The translations under genes and the position numbers were made by a program. DNA of 64,000 bases from Lama guanicoe (Eukaryota): NCBI GenBank assembly GCA_013239625.1, contig MU056000.1, forward strand, positions 12,599,175-12,663,174, written 5' to 3'. Positions 24,908 through 38,097 of this stretch are shown piece by piece; the stretch's first letter is position 1; every line of letters begins with the position of its first letter. The notes under the pieces were generated by a model, which was not told the origin of the DNA, ran no database searches, and was given only the letters and a program-made list of their open reading frames with translations.

Positions 24908-25329
24908 CAGGTTTTCCTCGCAGTCTGAAAGCAGGGGTTCCTACAAAGCTTGTCATAAACTGAAATGTCATAAAGTGAAGAAGCAATTACCTTAGGACAC
25001 ATCGTGCTAATGGATACACAAGATAAATCAAGATGAAGCACAGATGCTCACAAACACAGCGCAAACCTGTGGCGGCTTGGTGTTGAGGTGCTGAGTGTGG
25101 TTCTAGGGGAAGGAGCTTGGCACGGGGGCCCCCTCTCCCTGCTCAGGGTCCGAGCTGCCTCTGTCACTGCTCACTGTGAAACTAACACTGAACACTATTT
25201 TCACGTTTTGCCTTTTTTTGTAAAATCAAAAATCCTCTTCGGATTTCTTTAGGTGAGTAAAAACAGGTACTACTGTAGGTCTTTCCTAAGAGCACAAAGT
25301 GATACAAAGCGAACTTTCGGAAACGCCTG
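24908..25329. mobile_element. TcMar-Tigger non-autonomous element (Tigger6-like)
   Basis: TA|CAGG...CCTG|TA ends with degenerate TIRs (TCTGAAAG / CTTTCGGA) and an internal ATAAAGTGAAGAAGCAATTACC. Confidence 0.7.
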
Positions 25330-27884
25330 TACCTTAATGTGGTGAAATTGTCACTTAGAGCGGAGCCGGGCAGCACGCCTGTCTGCTGCAGGCGGCTTGG
25401 GAGCTCCGAAAGAAGAGAAGAGCTGGGGAAGAAGCCGAGAGGACAGGGCAGACATAGAGCAAAATCAAGCAATACAAAAGAAAGTTAAATAAGGGAAGCA
25501 TAGCCTGGTGGAAAGGTAGAGAAGCGGTGACTGGCCCAAAACAGAGACAGTTTACCCAGGCTGTCAGTGAATGACCGGCTGGGAGAGTGGATGACTGTTG
25601 CCAGGTCTGGATGAGGAAAACCTGAACTGTTTGCTGTGGACAAACTCACCATCCTACACACCGTGGTAAAATATTTCCTCCTAATTATGATCTTTAGCTA
25701 TCAGGAAATGTTTAAATTCTGCTTGTATATTTTACTAAAGAAGGAAAGGAAGTTTATAATAAGCAAGGCATTTAATTTAAGAGTGAAAGTTGGCGTGAAA
25801 GCATTAAATTCAGTGATCTGTGAAAGTGTTCTCTAGAGCCATTTATTCCCTGAAATGTTGAAAAATTGATGTGGAAATTATGTTGTCCTCTACTACTGAG
25901 ATAAAAAGATTGGCAATTAAATTTTCAGGAAAAAAGATCATTGCCTTGAAATGCTTACCAATGCAGTGGGGGCAATTTGTGAGAAATAAATATTGAAGAA
26001 TGAAGGAGTAGAAACAAAGAAGCGATAAAACACACACACACACTCACTCATTTGATCAATGTTCTCCTGTTTCATTTTTAAATTTTCCTCTCCTTGCCTG
26101 TTTACAGAAAGGGCTATATTTGCTACTCTTCCTGTTTCAGGATTTCTAAGTATGAAATCCACCCAGAAAGTAGGCATGTTCACAGGAGAGAAGTCAGTTT
26201 GCGTAATGAAATTCTTAGCAGAATATACGTAAGTTCCAAGAAAGCTCTTTTATCTGACACCCTCATCACTTATGTGACAGCCTGCTCTTTCCCATTCCTC
26301 ATTTCCAGTTGCCTTTAAACATTCATTTCTAGGGCTTTCTGGGCTCATGTATTATTGAAAAACAACCCTTTCCTCCATTCCCACGGGGCACAGCATGAAT
26401 CCTGCGGTGAGCTAGCACTTTAGCAAGGGGAAGTCGGTGAGTAAGAGTCTGTTACTTCATCATCCCAGCAAGCAGCAGCTCGGCAGAACTCCCTACCTGT
26501 TGTTTACTGACTAAATGAGCCCCAACAAACCTCATTAGAACCGGAAGTCCAGGATCTGGAGTTCAACATCCCCTCATCTCTTGACCCTGTGGAAGGAGCG
26601 ACTGCTGAGCCCCAGAAGAGGTTTTTGAAGGCGCAGGAAGGGAAGGTTGGAGGAGATCAAGGTCGTTGCAGTCAGGCTGGATGGCGATCACCCAGGAGGC
26701 CACTGGAATGCTTTCTTTGTCTTCTCACTTTTTAAATACAGGCCTGTAAGACAATGTCTGGGATGTGCATAATGTTGAAGGGACAGGTAAACATTTAGAC
26801 AGTGGACAGATAAAGGCACGAGAATTATAATTCCTTGAGCTTGAAGGGAACTCCATATTTGCTCTCTGAAAGTTTTTTTTTTTGCGTTTGAGGGTTTTAC
26901 AAGTGAATCCCAGGGTGATCCGTGTAGCACCAACTGCTGACTGGGCTGTGGGTGCTGAAAACTGGAAATTTTGTGGGTGAATAGATTTTTTTTCACCGCA
27001 GTAGTTCTGTGGTGAGTCCTTGGCAAATTTTGAAACAAGTTAGAAGAAACCAAATGAGATTTTTCTCTCTTTTTTTCCCCAAAGAGTTAAAATGAGCCAA
27101 ATTTAATTTTGAAAGCACCTTCTCACTTTGTCTTAGGATTTGAGTGAAGAGAATTAAGTATTATCTGCATTGCATCTTTGAATGTCGGTGAAAGATAAAG
27201 CAAAGCCCTGAGTCATTTTAATTGAGTAAGACCCGGGAGGGGATGAAGAGATTTGGGGTCATAAAATTGTCATGCTCCTTCCATTGTCTTTGAGGAATCT
27301 GAGTTTCCCAGTGAGAGTAACCTAGGTTTCTTGAATCAGAGCTGCCTGCTGCAGGTGTTGAGAGCCATGGGGTGGAGGAAGGTGAGGTCAAGTGAGCTCA
27401 GGGGACAGATCCAGCAGGGGGTGATTTTGGAGAAACTGGGTGAGGAGCAAGACAGGTAAGCAGCTGGAAACGCCGGTCAAGGGCTCAACGTCATCATCAG
27501 GGAGGTGGGGACAGATTCTTCCTAGGCCACTTCCGGGCAAATTTCCCCTTCTACTTTCTGAGTTAGTGGAAGAAATGTGTTATTTTTCACCTGGGCTGAG
27601 GTGAGCACTCAGCTTAGCAGACCTACCTTGGTTTCATTATTACTCACCAGACCACCCAAGGACCTGCTGGAGTTGTTGCAAAAGACCCAAAGGGTCACTT
27701 GTGCTACGAGTTTTCCAGCACTCTGTCCCAGACCTATGGGGTATGCTTGGAGGCAGAAGGGAGAGACCAAATCTTCATGGTGCCTTCATCAGAGCTGTTA
27801 CGTTTTAGATTTTCTCTAGTAGGATTCTCAGGAAAATTTCCTTTGGGGAGAAGAAGGGAGTTCTGTCCATTAATAAAATGTTTG

Positions 27885-28020
27885 AAAAATCACTCATCTA
27901 GTCTCTTCTCAGTTTACAAATGAGGGAATGGAGACCCAGAGTGGTTAATTTACTAACCTAGGATTCCATAGTTAATGGCATGGATTGAGTTTCAACTCTA
28001 ATCTTTTGACCACCAGGGTG
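27885..28020 (-). mobile_element. MIR fragment
   Basis: TTTACAAATGAGGGAATGGAGACCCAGAGTGGTTAA. Confidence 0.65.
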
Positions 28021-28759
28021 CTGGTGGTGATTTTAAAGACCGGGTATACAGAGAAAGACCCAGTATACAACATGCTGAGTGTTGTATGTAGTAGTTCTAA
28101 TTTTATTTTAAACTACAAATGCTTACATGACAGTAATCACCCATATATGTGTGTGATATCTACTTAATGACATTATAGTAATGAGTGGATTGGATGAGAT
28201 TAATACATTCTTTTTTTCTTTTATTATTTGTGATAATTCTAAAGACCTATTTTGCTGGTTTGCTTCTTGTATGAAAATAGAACCAAGCTCAAATTTCTTG
28301 GTTTAAATAATTCAGCTGATAACTAAAAATTTAACTAAGTGGTGAGGCTCTTCACATTTTGCAGAAATAATTATCTTTGTTGATTTTTTAAAAGCTTATT
28401 GGAATACTTACTTTCCCCCATTTTCCCTTCTCTCTTTCAATTTGAAAGCCTACTCTCATTTAATCAGCCTTCCTTCAACTCTTCAAATACCGTCATGACC
28501 ATGCAATGCAGTGTGATCTTCAATCAGAGAATAAACTGAAGGCACTAACTGGGAGTGAATATTAATACCCAAAAGTATTAGCAGACCAACATAAAGCTAT
28601 AATAGAAAAAGTTTAAACTTGGAACTACTGATATTTCTCAGTTTTCCTAGTGTCAGGTCTTGATATTTTGCGGAAAGCATCTTCCAGGCTTGAACTAGCT
28701 ACCATCTTCCTAATCGTGTCTTAGGTGGCCCAGTTGCAAATGTGAGCTCCCTGCCTGAG

Positions 28760-29160
28760 GCAGTGTATGCTGAGTTATACAAAGAATGTTCTGGGAACCA
28801 GGAGGAAGAGCAAATAAACTAGACCTGGCAGGTGGGGCACGGAAAGGCTTTCAACAGGAATAGATACTTTAAGACCTGTTTTGAGGAAGTGGGCAGGAGT
28901 AAACCAAAGGACGGAGAGCAGGGCAGGAGACACACCACATGAGAAGGTTGGAGCCACAATGGAGAAACACGTCTTTCAGGATGTCTGTAAAGAAGTCCCG
29001 TTTGTACGTGATAAGAAAGGAAGTGAGACAAGTGGGCAGTAGATGAATTCTTTAGAGGGCTCGATGAACCAAGGTGAGAGTTTAAACTAGATTTTAAAAT
29101 CGAGGGCAAATTTGTGAAGACGTTTAGGCATGGAGTTGACATGAAGAATTGGAGTCTGTG
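28760..29160 (-). mobile_element. L2 fragment
   Basis: Purine-rich L2 body: GGAAAGGCTTT...TTGAGGAAGTGGGCAGGAGT...GAGTTTAAACTAGATTTT...GGAGTTGACATGA. Confidence 0.5.
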
Positions 29161-29889
29161 GTAATAGAAGTCCAAGTTCAATGAAAGGTTTCAGAGAAAG
29201 GATAAAGCCCTGTATTTGTCATGAAATGGGGTAGCTAAGTGGGTTTAGAGGGAAGTCTTTGCCATCGAGGAGACCAAGAATATTAAGAACCAGAGTATAA
29301 GATCAATCATCTACCTTAAGACACGAATGTCATACAATGTGTTTTTAGGGAAAAAGGTAGAGAAGAAAAACTGGCAGATAACTACCCAAATTCCCAACAG
29401 ATGTCAGGGAGTCTGACAGAAGAGCTTGCTAGAGCCAGATAACAAAAGCTTGAACACTGGTGTTTTTACTTCCAGGCAGTGGAGCTCTGGTTTGTAGGAG
29501 CAATGGGAAAGCAGCAAAGTCTCCTTTCTCCTGAGGTTCTGTGAACACGGAAGTGGGTGGGAGGCCAAGCTGTCTTCTCCTGAGAAAGGGTTGAGTGATG
29601 TGAAAAGTTTAAGGGAAGAGAGTCTATGAATTTTTCACCTAAATGATTCTGAAAGTCTCGGGTAAGTAGTTGCTTGGTAAAAGGGTACCAAATGTCGCAT
29701 AAAGAGCTAGGACTGTTCTCTGGAGAAACAGATCCTTGATGACTCAACATCTTTTTGTACTTTTCCTGAATCTCTGAGATATTTGCAGTGTCCTTTACAT
29801 GTTAATATACCTCTAATCTGAGCACCGGAAATTGCTTTCCGTCAATTTACATTGAAGGGAACTACTCTTTTCTATTCATGATTTCATGG

Positions 29890-30000
29890 TTTGCTCATCT
29901 CACCAACATTTACTGAGTGCTGTTTTGTGTTACATGCTGGAGGTACAAAAAGGAACAAATTGGAAACTGTCCCTCTTTTCATGGAGCTCATGTTCCAATA
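29890..30000 (-). mobile_element. L2 3' end fragment
   Basis: CACCAACATTTACTGAGTGCTG...CATGGAGCTCATGTTC. Confidence 0.6.
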
Positions 30001-31186
30001 GATGTGGAGTGTTAGTAAGATTTTTTTCTCTTTTGATGCTTAATTTATATATTTCCTTTAAAAACCACCCAAAATGTAAACAACTCTTCATGGCAACATT
30101 ATAGAGCATCATCTTAAATGATGACTGTGTAGTGCAGGGTGTAAATGAATGAGTATCTATGTGTGATTGTTAATCCTTAACCATCATCAATTGCTGCTTA
30201 ATCTAACTCGCGTTTACTTTTTACCCTTGAATTCTTAGAATTTGTCACGTGTTTTAGAAGCTTAATCTTTGCTCCCTAAGCAATACGGCTTTCAGAGTCC
30301 TCAAATTACTTTGTTTAGTTGTTGAGTTTCCGTCTCACATATTTCTTAGCTGTTTGACACAACCAAAGATCTGCCTTTGCCCTTCTTCCTGTTTTCTCTT
30401 TAAGGGTCTCATATTTCTTTACAAATGGCCTGGAGTCATTATTTAGGCCGGTCTCTGTGTGGTTATTAAATACTCCCATGTCTCCTGGCAGAAGTGTATA
30501 ACTTTTCCCTTTTATGAGAGGAAGGGAATTTTCCTCATTCCCAGTAGAAATTGAGCATATTAGCTTTCTATTTTTTTTTGGATAATTTGCATTAATTTCT
30601 TCCGTAGAAATGAACAATCTGAGGTGGAATGAGAAAAAGTTCAGATTACATCCCAAATTGCTTTTTTACAAGGTTACATATTTCCTCTAACAAATTATTT
30701 TAAAGATAACTAACAAAAGTAACATCTAAAAAGTGAAGCTAAAAAATTACAAGTGTAGTAAAACCTCAATGATTGTTGCAAATTCTTTGAAGACCAGTAT
30801 GACTAAAACTGTGATTACCACATGTGTAGTTTTATTATTTCTAAGCACATGTACAAAGTGTAAGGAATATTTAAGAGCAATTTTATATTGGCAAATTAAT
30901 TTTTAAAGTATCTTAAATAGTCTCATTTTGTTTTGTTTCCTTGAGAAGGTAGAAATCTTTCTTCAATTATATCTACTTTGTTTCACTGAGCTGCAAAAAG
31001 GGCACAAGTATCTCAATTATTTTATGATCAAAACATGTAACTGTGTGTATACATGTATAGACACAAACTAACACAAGGTTACATTAATGACAAGATATAT
31101 TCTTGATAAGTACTGTTATTTGAATATCAAGCAACTGAATCATATCCTCTTCTATGAAAATTATTGAGAATTGAAACATGATTACC

Positions 31187-31240
31187 CAGAAACTGGCACA
31201 ACATTGTAAATCAACTATACTTCAATTTAAAAAAAAGGAA
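31187..31240 (+). mobile_element. Ultra-short L1 3' tail insertion with 14-bp TSD
   Basis: CAGAAACTGGCACAACATTGTAAATCAACTATACTTCAAT plus A-tail. TSD GAAA(C/A)ATGATTACC at 31173-31186 and 31241-31254. Confidence 0.9.
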
Positions 31241-31254
31241 GAAAAATGATTACC

Positions 31255-31691
31255 TGAGCTGTTGGGTCCCATGTGACAGAACCATGTGTTCTGGCCAATG
31301 AGATATAAGGGGAATGCCACTTTGGAGCTTCTGGGAAAGATTTTGCTTTTCCATGAAAAGGTCAACTGCCAGAGGAGAGCTCTCTGTTTCTACCCCTTCT
31401 CTATCTTCCTGCTCTGAACGTGGTGACGTCAGAAAGTGATGGTTGGACTTACGGCAGCTGTCTTGATTGGGCATGAGACAAAAAAAAACTAAGAATAAAA
31501 ATACATCATATCTGGGATGAGAGAAGATGGAAAAAAGATAAAAAGGATAAGGAAGAAAACCTACCTCTCTGATGACATCACTTTGTTACCTCATCAAATT
31601 TGGGACCACTTACCTCAGGTTTCATCATATGTGAGATAACAGAATCTCTGCCTTGCTCAGGCTCTTTTGGCAGCTGATGCTAACTGATTCA
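31255..31691 (+). mobile_element. MaLR LTR, MLT1J/K-like
   Basis: CCATGTGAC...TTCTGGCCAATGAGATATAAG...GCTTCTGGGAAAG...TGATGACATC...CTAACTGATTCA. Confidence 0.75.
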
Positions 31692-31765
31692 TTGCAACAT
31701 TTTCCTGACTCTCCCAATCTCACATGTAGGTAGGAAGTAATAACAGATATTAAAACCCAGGTTTT

Positions 31766-32016
31766 AATTTTTTATTTTTATTTTTAAAATAGACTTCATT
31801 CTTTTAGAGCAGTTAAGGTCCACAGCAGAATTGAGCAGAAAATAGAGAGTTCACACATAGCCTTCCCCTCCCGCACATATACACTCCCCTGCCCTCAACA
31901 TCCCTCACCAGTGTGGCATATTTGGTGGAATCGATGAACCACATTGGCACATTATTATCAACCAAAGTCCATAGTTTACATTAGGGTTCACTCTTGATGT
32001 TGTGCATTCTATGGGG
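31766..32016 (-). mobile_element. L1MC/MD-type 3' end with perfect 14-bp TSD
   Basis: TTTTAGAGCAGTTAAGGTCCACAGCAGAATTGAGC...AAAGTCCATAGTTTACATTAGGGTTCACTCTTG. TSD AAAACCCAGGTTTT at 31752-31765 and 32017-32030. Confidence 0.9.
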
Positions 32017-33349
32017 AAAACCCAGGTTTTTAGACTGAAAGCCCAGTGTTTTCTTGGCCTGGCTCTTTCCCTATAGTCATAATTTGGGAAATAAATACAC
32101 AAACTGTGAAGTAGTAACATATATTATCCACTATGCAGACTCTTATTTGAAGCCTTATGTCTCTCATAAGCATCTGGACTCACTCTGCTCGTGTCTACCA
32201 CGTTCTGGGAATGAGTTTTTCTCCATCATCCTTTATTTCCCTTGTCATCAAATGGTCTTTTACCACATTATGACTTCGGCAAGTTACTGGTCTTTATAAG
32301 AGGGTAATTTATATAAACCTCTCTGCATATTTCACAGTCTTGCGGAGTGGGGCGGGCGCGTGGCGTGGGGCTCCTTTTATTACCAGCATTCCAATTTTTT
32401 TTTTTACTAGTGGTTGTTACATAGGTGTTGAAATTTTTTTGTGTGCGTTGTAAACTTTTAATAATGATGACTAATAAGAAAACAGAATCATTTGTGAAGT
32501 TTGTAAAATCACACAGGCGATGAAAATTTGGTGTGCAAGCATTCATCTGAGAGAGAAGATGGAGGCTAAAGGATTATAATCAGGATCGCCGGCCCAAGTG
32601 GCTTGTGTCTCAGCTGCAGAGGGGCAATAGCTTACTTCGGTTCTTGAATAAGGAAACATTTTAGTGTAAAAGTGAAGTACATATGAATTTAGTGTCATTT
32701 TAATCACAATTTTTTTCTAGGATATATGATGTATATATAGAAATTACATAGTGAATAAAGGCCCATAATGAGATATTACATTTCTGCCTGACTTTGTCTC
32801 TAAAAAAAATGAGTGTGCTTAACAGTTTTTTTTCAATTTGCAGTGGTAACAGCCTCATATATCATTCTCCTTCAGTTGATTATCTCTTTTGAGACATCAA
32901 GTGTTAAAGATCTGTATGTAGATATTTGGTATGTTTCTAACCATAGGATTACTCATGTACTCAAAGAAACCGCTGAGATTTTCCAGTCAGAGCAGATGGC
33001 CAAAACGGGGATGATGAGTCTCTTAAGAGTGAGGCTTTAGGAAAAATGTGAAGGCCCCCTGAGTTATTTGTAAAATCGAGTTATAAGGGAGCTGAGTCGA
33101 GGTCTGCAAAGATACTAATTAAGGGCAAAGTGACTCCTAAGCGAGTGGAACTCAACTCTTGGTCAATTAAATGTACCACTGTGTTTAAGGAAGAGTGTGT
33201 GCAACAGATGAGGGTCTGAGAAGCCATAAAAGCTTAAACAGAAGAAATCCAGAGAAGGAGATCTTTTTGCTGTTCAACCAAGACCTGTCTGAGAGAGGTG
33301 TGTTGTCAGCCAGGGATACACTCTATTTCCAAGGGAAGGCATGTTATTG

Positions 33350-33725
33350 TTGTCATTATTATTAATCTGTAGCATGTATTGTCTATTTTCAATGTCACAT
33401 GCTACATACTTTGTATGTATTTTGTCATTTAATCCTCATAAAGGCTCAAAGATGCAGGCAGTACAGTTATCCCCATTTTGGAGGTCCAGCAGCTTGTTCA
33501 GGATCCTACAGATAGGAAGCGGCAGTGTTGGGATCTGTGCCTCATTTAGAGAGCCTGTGTATGTAGCCACAATTTGACAAACTTATGAGGATGAAAGGGG
33601 ACTCTCTCCTCGATTTTGCAAAGAGGAATCTGAGGACTCGAGGTTTTGTGACTTGCCCATCAGCATGTGCTGGAATTAAGACAATTATTCAAGGTCTCTT
33701 AAACCTTAGTCTCATGCATTTCCAG
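33350..33725 (-). mobile_element. Two MIR fragments
   Basis: TCATTTAATCCTCATAA...TTATCCCCATTTT and ATTTTGCAAAGAGGAATCTGAGGACT...GTGACTTGCCCA. Confidence 0.65.
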
Positions 33726-33819
33726 CATACCAGGCTATCTCTTGTGCATGGGGAAGTCACTGAAGAGCGGACCAGTGGAGATCAGACTGCCTTCAGGGCT
33801 GGGGCAACCTTGGAGGACT

Positions 33820-34300
33820 GCGCTCTGTGGAAGGAAGCAGTTGTGCGTAGCCCACACTTAAGGAGTGGAGAGTTATTCTCCACCTTCTTGAGGGCTGATT
33901 ATCTACATGAACTGTTTGGGATGCTTCCGCCCGAGAGCTGTGTCTGTTCTCCCCCATTCATTTATTTATTCAGTCATGTATTTATATCAGTATGAACTCA
34001 TGGGTATTTATTTCACACTTTGGGTTATAATCCAATAGATTTTATTTATTTTCTTGTTCAAATTGTTCAAACTTTGGCCACTGGGAACTCGCTCAGTTGA
34101 CTCTTGTGTCCTTTTGATACGCCCATCATTCTGGGTTTTTTTTTTTTTTTTTTGAGTACATTTTTACTTTTTGGCACTACAAGATGCTCCAGGCTCATCT
34201 TGACTATTTCCTGCTTTAGTCCTAGAATCAGACACTTCTCCAAGAAGTCCTGGTTCTTTTTATTGGAGAATGGTATTAGACACCAAGATCTAGGTGGCGT
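33820..34300 (-). mobile_element. L1MC-type 3'UTR fragment
   Basis: TAGCCCACACTTAAGGAGTGG...TATCAGTATGAACTCATGG...ACAAGATGCTCCAGGCTCATCTTG...TTCTCCAAGAAGTCCTGGTTCTTTT. Confidence 0.82.
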
Positions 34301-34339
34301 GAATCACGTTTTATGCATTTTAAATTGTAGCTAATGCTA

Positions 34340-34560
34340 AGAAGTCACAACTCGTTTGCTCTTGGGATGGGGGGTGGGGATTGGTGAGTGGAAGAGGTCC
34401 CAAGGAACTTCAAAGGTATCAGATCTGTTTCTTAAACTCAGTGCTGGTTGCATGGGCTTCTTCATTTTATAAAAATTCATCAAGTATACTTATGAAATGT
34501 GCATTTTTGTGCTTTATGCTCTATCTCAATAAAAATATATCAAAATGGGGGAAAAACAAA
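34340..34560 (+). mobile_element. Old L1ME-type 3' end
   Basis: AAAAATTCATCAAG...ATGTGCATTTT...TATCTCAATAAAA terminus. Confidence 0.65.
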
Positions 34561-34584
34561 ACAAAAACTAATAAACAATTGTTG

Positions 34585-34730
34585 GGTATCAAGAAGACAG
34601 GATCTGGAGTTTGAATCCCTGGGTTCAAATAATTTATCAGTCAGCTACTTAATTTTTTTTGTCTCTCAGTTTTTGTAACGTATAAAATAAAGACAGGGTT
34701 ATTATCTGCTATAGATGGCTATTGTGGTCA
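34585..34730 (+). mobile_element. MIR fragment
   Basis: TGGAGT...CCTGGGTTCAAAT...TCTCTCAGTTTT...TATAAAATA. Confidence 0.55.
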
Positions 34731-34848
34731 TAACACAGTCTCTCTCTCTGCATATACACGAACATGCACATATATACACATATATGTGTACGTGTATGTA
34801 TGTGTCTATATACACATATATGTGAAGGTATGTGTATATATACATATA

Positions 34849-35510
34849 GAGTTAATCCACATCATTTGCAGCATCTTTGTTTGTGAATTTGCCTACTTGC
34901 TAAACTTGACATGTAATGCCCAAACCGGCACGTGCGGCCCTCTGGGGCCATCTGTGGTCATGCACAAGGTGGCAACAGATTAGAATCCACTGATGTCCAA
35001 GTTCCCAGTGAGCATGAATGAGGCCGTGCTCCGCCTGCTAGTCTCAGCTTTTATAATGTAAAGAAGTGCCCTTTTCTCAAGATATTTAATGCCACGCTTT
35101 TTCACATTTTTGTTCTCTTTTGTTGGTGAGTTCACTGTCTATAATGGCCCACAATGCAGGGCTGACGTCCTTCCTATCCGGCGTTCCTAAGTACAAGTTC
35201 CTAAGTACAAGTACGGCTGTGATGTGCCTCAAGGAGAAAACAGGTGTGTAGGTAAGCTTTGTTTAACCATGAGTGACGGTGCCACTGGCTGTGTGACGAA
35301 TATTAATGAATCGCCAACATATATTAAATAAGTTGCCTTTAAATAGAAACAAGATTATGTATTGATCTGGTAACAAATACGTTGTGACTGGATGGTTGCA
35401 GGAAACTAACCCTGTGTTATCCGTAAAAGCAATGGCTCATTACTTGCTAGTTTAGTGTTTGTGGTGCCTTTATAGAATATAAGGACTACAAATCATGAGG
35501 ATGAGTTGTG
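34849..35510 (-). mobile_element. MER82-like TcMar-Tigger element in a (TA/CA/TG)-rich simple repeat
   Basis: GTGAATTTGCCTACTTGCTAAA...GGCTGTGATGTGCC...TTGCAGGAAACTAACCCTGT...TTTATAGAATATAA, flanked by TA. Internal 14-bp tandem duplication GTTCCTAAGTACAA at 35183-35210. Confidence 0.85.
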
Positions 35511-37119
35511 TATACGTACAGATAGGTGGATACGGATGTACACACATGTATGTATATATCTAACTAGACAGACAGATATCAATGTATCGTCGACTTATCT
35601 GTACAGATAAAAATATGTACAGATATGAGCACAGCCTGTCAATACAATCAGCCTTAACCCCTGTGTTAGCTACGATTGTTGAGCTATCTGACTAGGCTGC
35701 TCTCCAACCCACAACGACTCCCGGGAAAGATGGGGCTGAGTCTTTGGGCTCCGGGTAGCACTTCTCCCCTGGGGTGCTGAAGACACAGTGATGAACAAAG
35801 CAAGTCCCTCCTCTCATGGAGCTTATGCTGTATAATAAGTCCAAAAGCCTGTTTGCCACTGTGTGCACACCTAGCATCTGGCACCTAGTACCTAGGAAGT
35901 ACTCAATATTTTGTAAACTACCCAAAAATCCCAAGGGAAGTGTGAGAGTATGACGGAAAAAGAGGGAAGTTCAAAACTAAGCCACTGTATTAGGCGAAAA
36001 CAGACAAGTAAACAGATGCGTACTGGGTACAGATTTTTGTAATGACTTGTTTTTGCCCTTAGACTTAATTTTCCATGAATAGATGTCCTGGGCTCACCAT
36101 AAAGATGGATAAACCTATCTAATATAGGGAATGAATACATGCTTTAGCTTTCAAGTATATGAGTGTGATATTTCTATTTTTTTTCTAGGTTTAGAAAGCA
36201 AATCTGTTCTGATGCGATACCAACTAAATACATGTTCTGATTGTTCCAGTTATCCTGTGCCAAAAAAAAAAGAAAAAAAAAAAGAAAAAAGCGAAAACGG
36301 GCTTTCCGGTGTTCGTTACAGAGATTGAACCTACCTGGTGTTGGTGAGCCTTGGAAGTGAGCCGCTCTTCAAAGCTTTCTAGGCAATTTGAATCAGGTTG
36401 CTGAACCCTGAAAAAAATCCCACAGCCGACTTTAGAAGACCAAAGAACTCAAAACATACACACTCTGGGCTATTGCAAAATGCAGCACTTAAGCTAAAAT
36501 GAGCTGTACTTAGAGCAATGGAGACACAGATTATATAGGGTGGATTTTAATTGAAGGGAAGCGCAGAGAGGGGACATTGTCATGAACATTCTCTACACAG
36601 GACAAGGGTAAACTGAGTTTATTTCAATAAAAGTGCACAGTTTGGGGGGTTCTGTGAGTCAGGATCATTTCTTGGAATTTAGGGGAGGCTCAGAACCACC
36701 CACTGGATGTCAAAAGCATACAAGATTCTCTGCTACAATTGTGCCAAAGTAAGTGTGATCCTGGAATTCCTCTGGGCAATCTATTTGGACAACCATCAAA
36801 ACTATCACCCAGATGTCCAGTTTCTGGGCGAAAGTTCTGGAAAGAAGAATCAGGAAGCTCTCTTTAGAATATATGAGGGTTAAGAGGTACGGGAGAAAGC
36901 CTGTTTAAATTAAATCAGATCTCATGTATAAACTGGCTCAACTGTTTCTAAAGCCCCCTCTTATCCCTAAAATATAATCATCGTGTGAATGAAACGTGAT
37001 ATTCTTATTTCATAACAAGAATCATTTTCTCCGCCAAAAAATTAAAACATACTACCAGTATGCCAACATCATACACTGTTCGTGCTATTTCCTCCTTGAC
37101 AGGCAGAATTAAACCCTTT

Positions 37120-37551
37120 CGTGGAGGAGGGGCTTTATTCCAGAGCTAACCAAACATCAAGGTAACAGATTTGTGTGTGTGGTGGTGCCATGAGGTAGGT
37201 GCCCAGCAATCCCTTTGAGAAACTCTGCTGTGGGGTGGGAGGCTGGCGAGCAGTACTAACACCAGTTCTTTGCTGCAGAAGGCAGGTGTCCTTTGATGGG
37301 TAAGCTCTGCTCCAGGGCTCACCGTCAACCTGGAAAAGATGCTCGCAGAGCCCACTGCAGGCTGAGGCTCCCTCTTTCCTTTCTCAGGTGTCAGAACTGC
37401 AGCTCAGGCTGAAGACCGTCTCCAAAATATCCCTGCCCTCTCTCTCCTCCCCTCTGTCCTTCACTTGGATTTCCCCTCCACTTGCACCACAATCTCTCAA
37501 CTATCTAATTGCGTCTTCATGTCTGCTTCTTGGAGACCCTGGACTGACACA
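37120..37551 (+). mobile_element. Ancient ERVL LTR, LTR16-like
   Basis: CACTGCAGGCTGAGGCTC...TCCTTCAC...GTCTGCTTCTTGGAGACCCTGGACTGACACA terminus. 5' boundary uncertain. Confidence 0.6.
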
Positions 37552-37615
37552 CATGAAAAAAAGGTTTTGCTAAGTAAATAAGACCCAAGGAGGACAGAAG
37601 GGGATGGTATATATA

Positions 37616-38097
37616 TTTCTTTCTTTTCTTTTTCTTTTTATTGAAGTATAGTCAGTTTACAATGCATCAATTATTTCTGGCATACAGCATAATGTTTCAG
37701 TCATATATACACGTACATATATGCATTTTCATATTCTTTTTCATTATAGGTTACTACAAGATATTGGATATAGTTCTCTGTGCTACACAGGAGAAACTTG
37801 CTGTTTATGTATTTTATATGAGTTATATCATATGGTTTTTTTTTCTCTTTCTGGCTCACCTTACTTTGAATGATGATCTCCAGGTCCATCCATGTTTCTG
37901 CAAAAGGCATTATTTTATTCTTTTTTATGACTGAGTAGTATTCCATTGTATAAATATATCACATCTTCTTTATTGAGTCCTCTGTTGATGGACATTTAGG
38001 TTGTTTACATGTCTTGGCTATTGTATATAGTGCTTCTATGAACATTGGGGTGCATGTATCTTTTTGAATTAGAGTTCCCTCCTGATACATACCCAAG
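37616..38097 (-). mobile_element. L1 3' fragment (ORF2 C-terminus + internally deleted 3'UTR)
   Basis: Minus ORFs give the ORF2 tail peptides KDTCTPMFIEALYTIAKT.KQPKCPS and MEYYS.IKKN.IMPFA.TWMDLE. T-rich tail at ~37616-37640. Confidence 0.93.
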
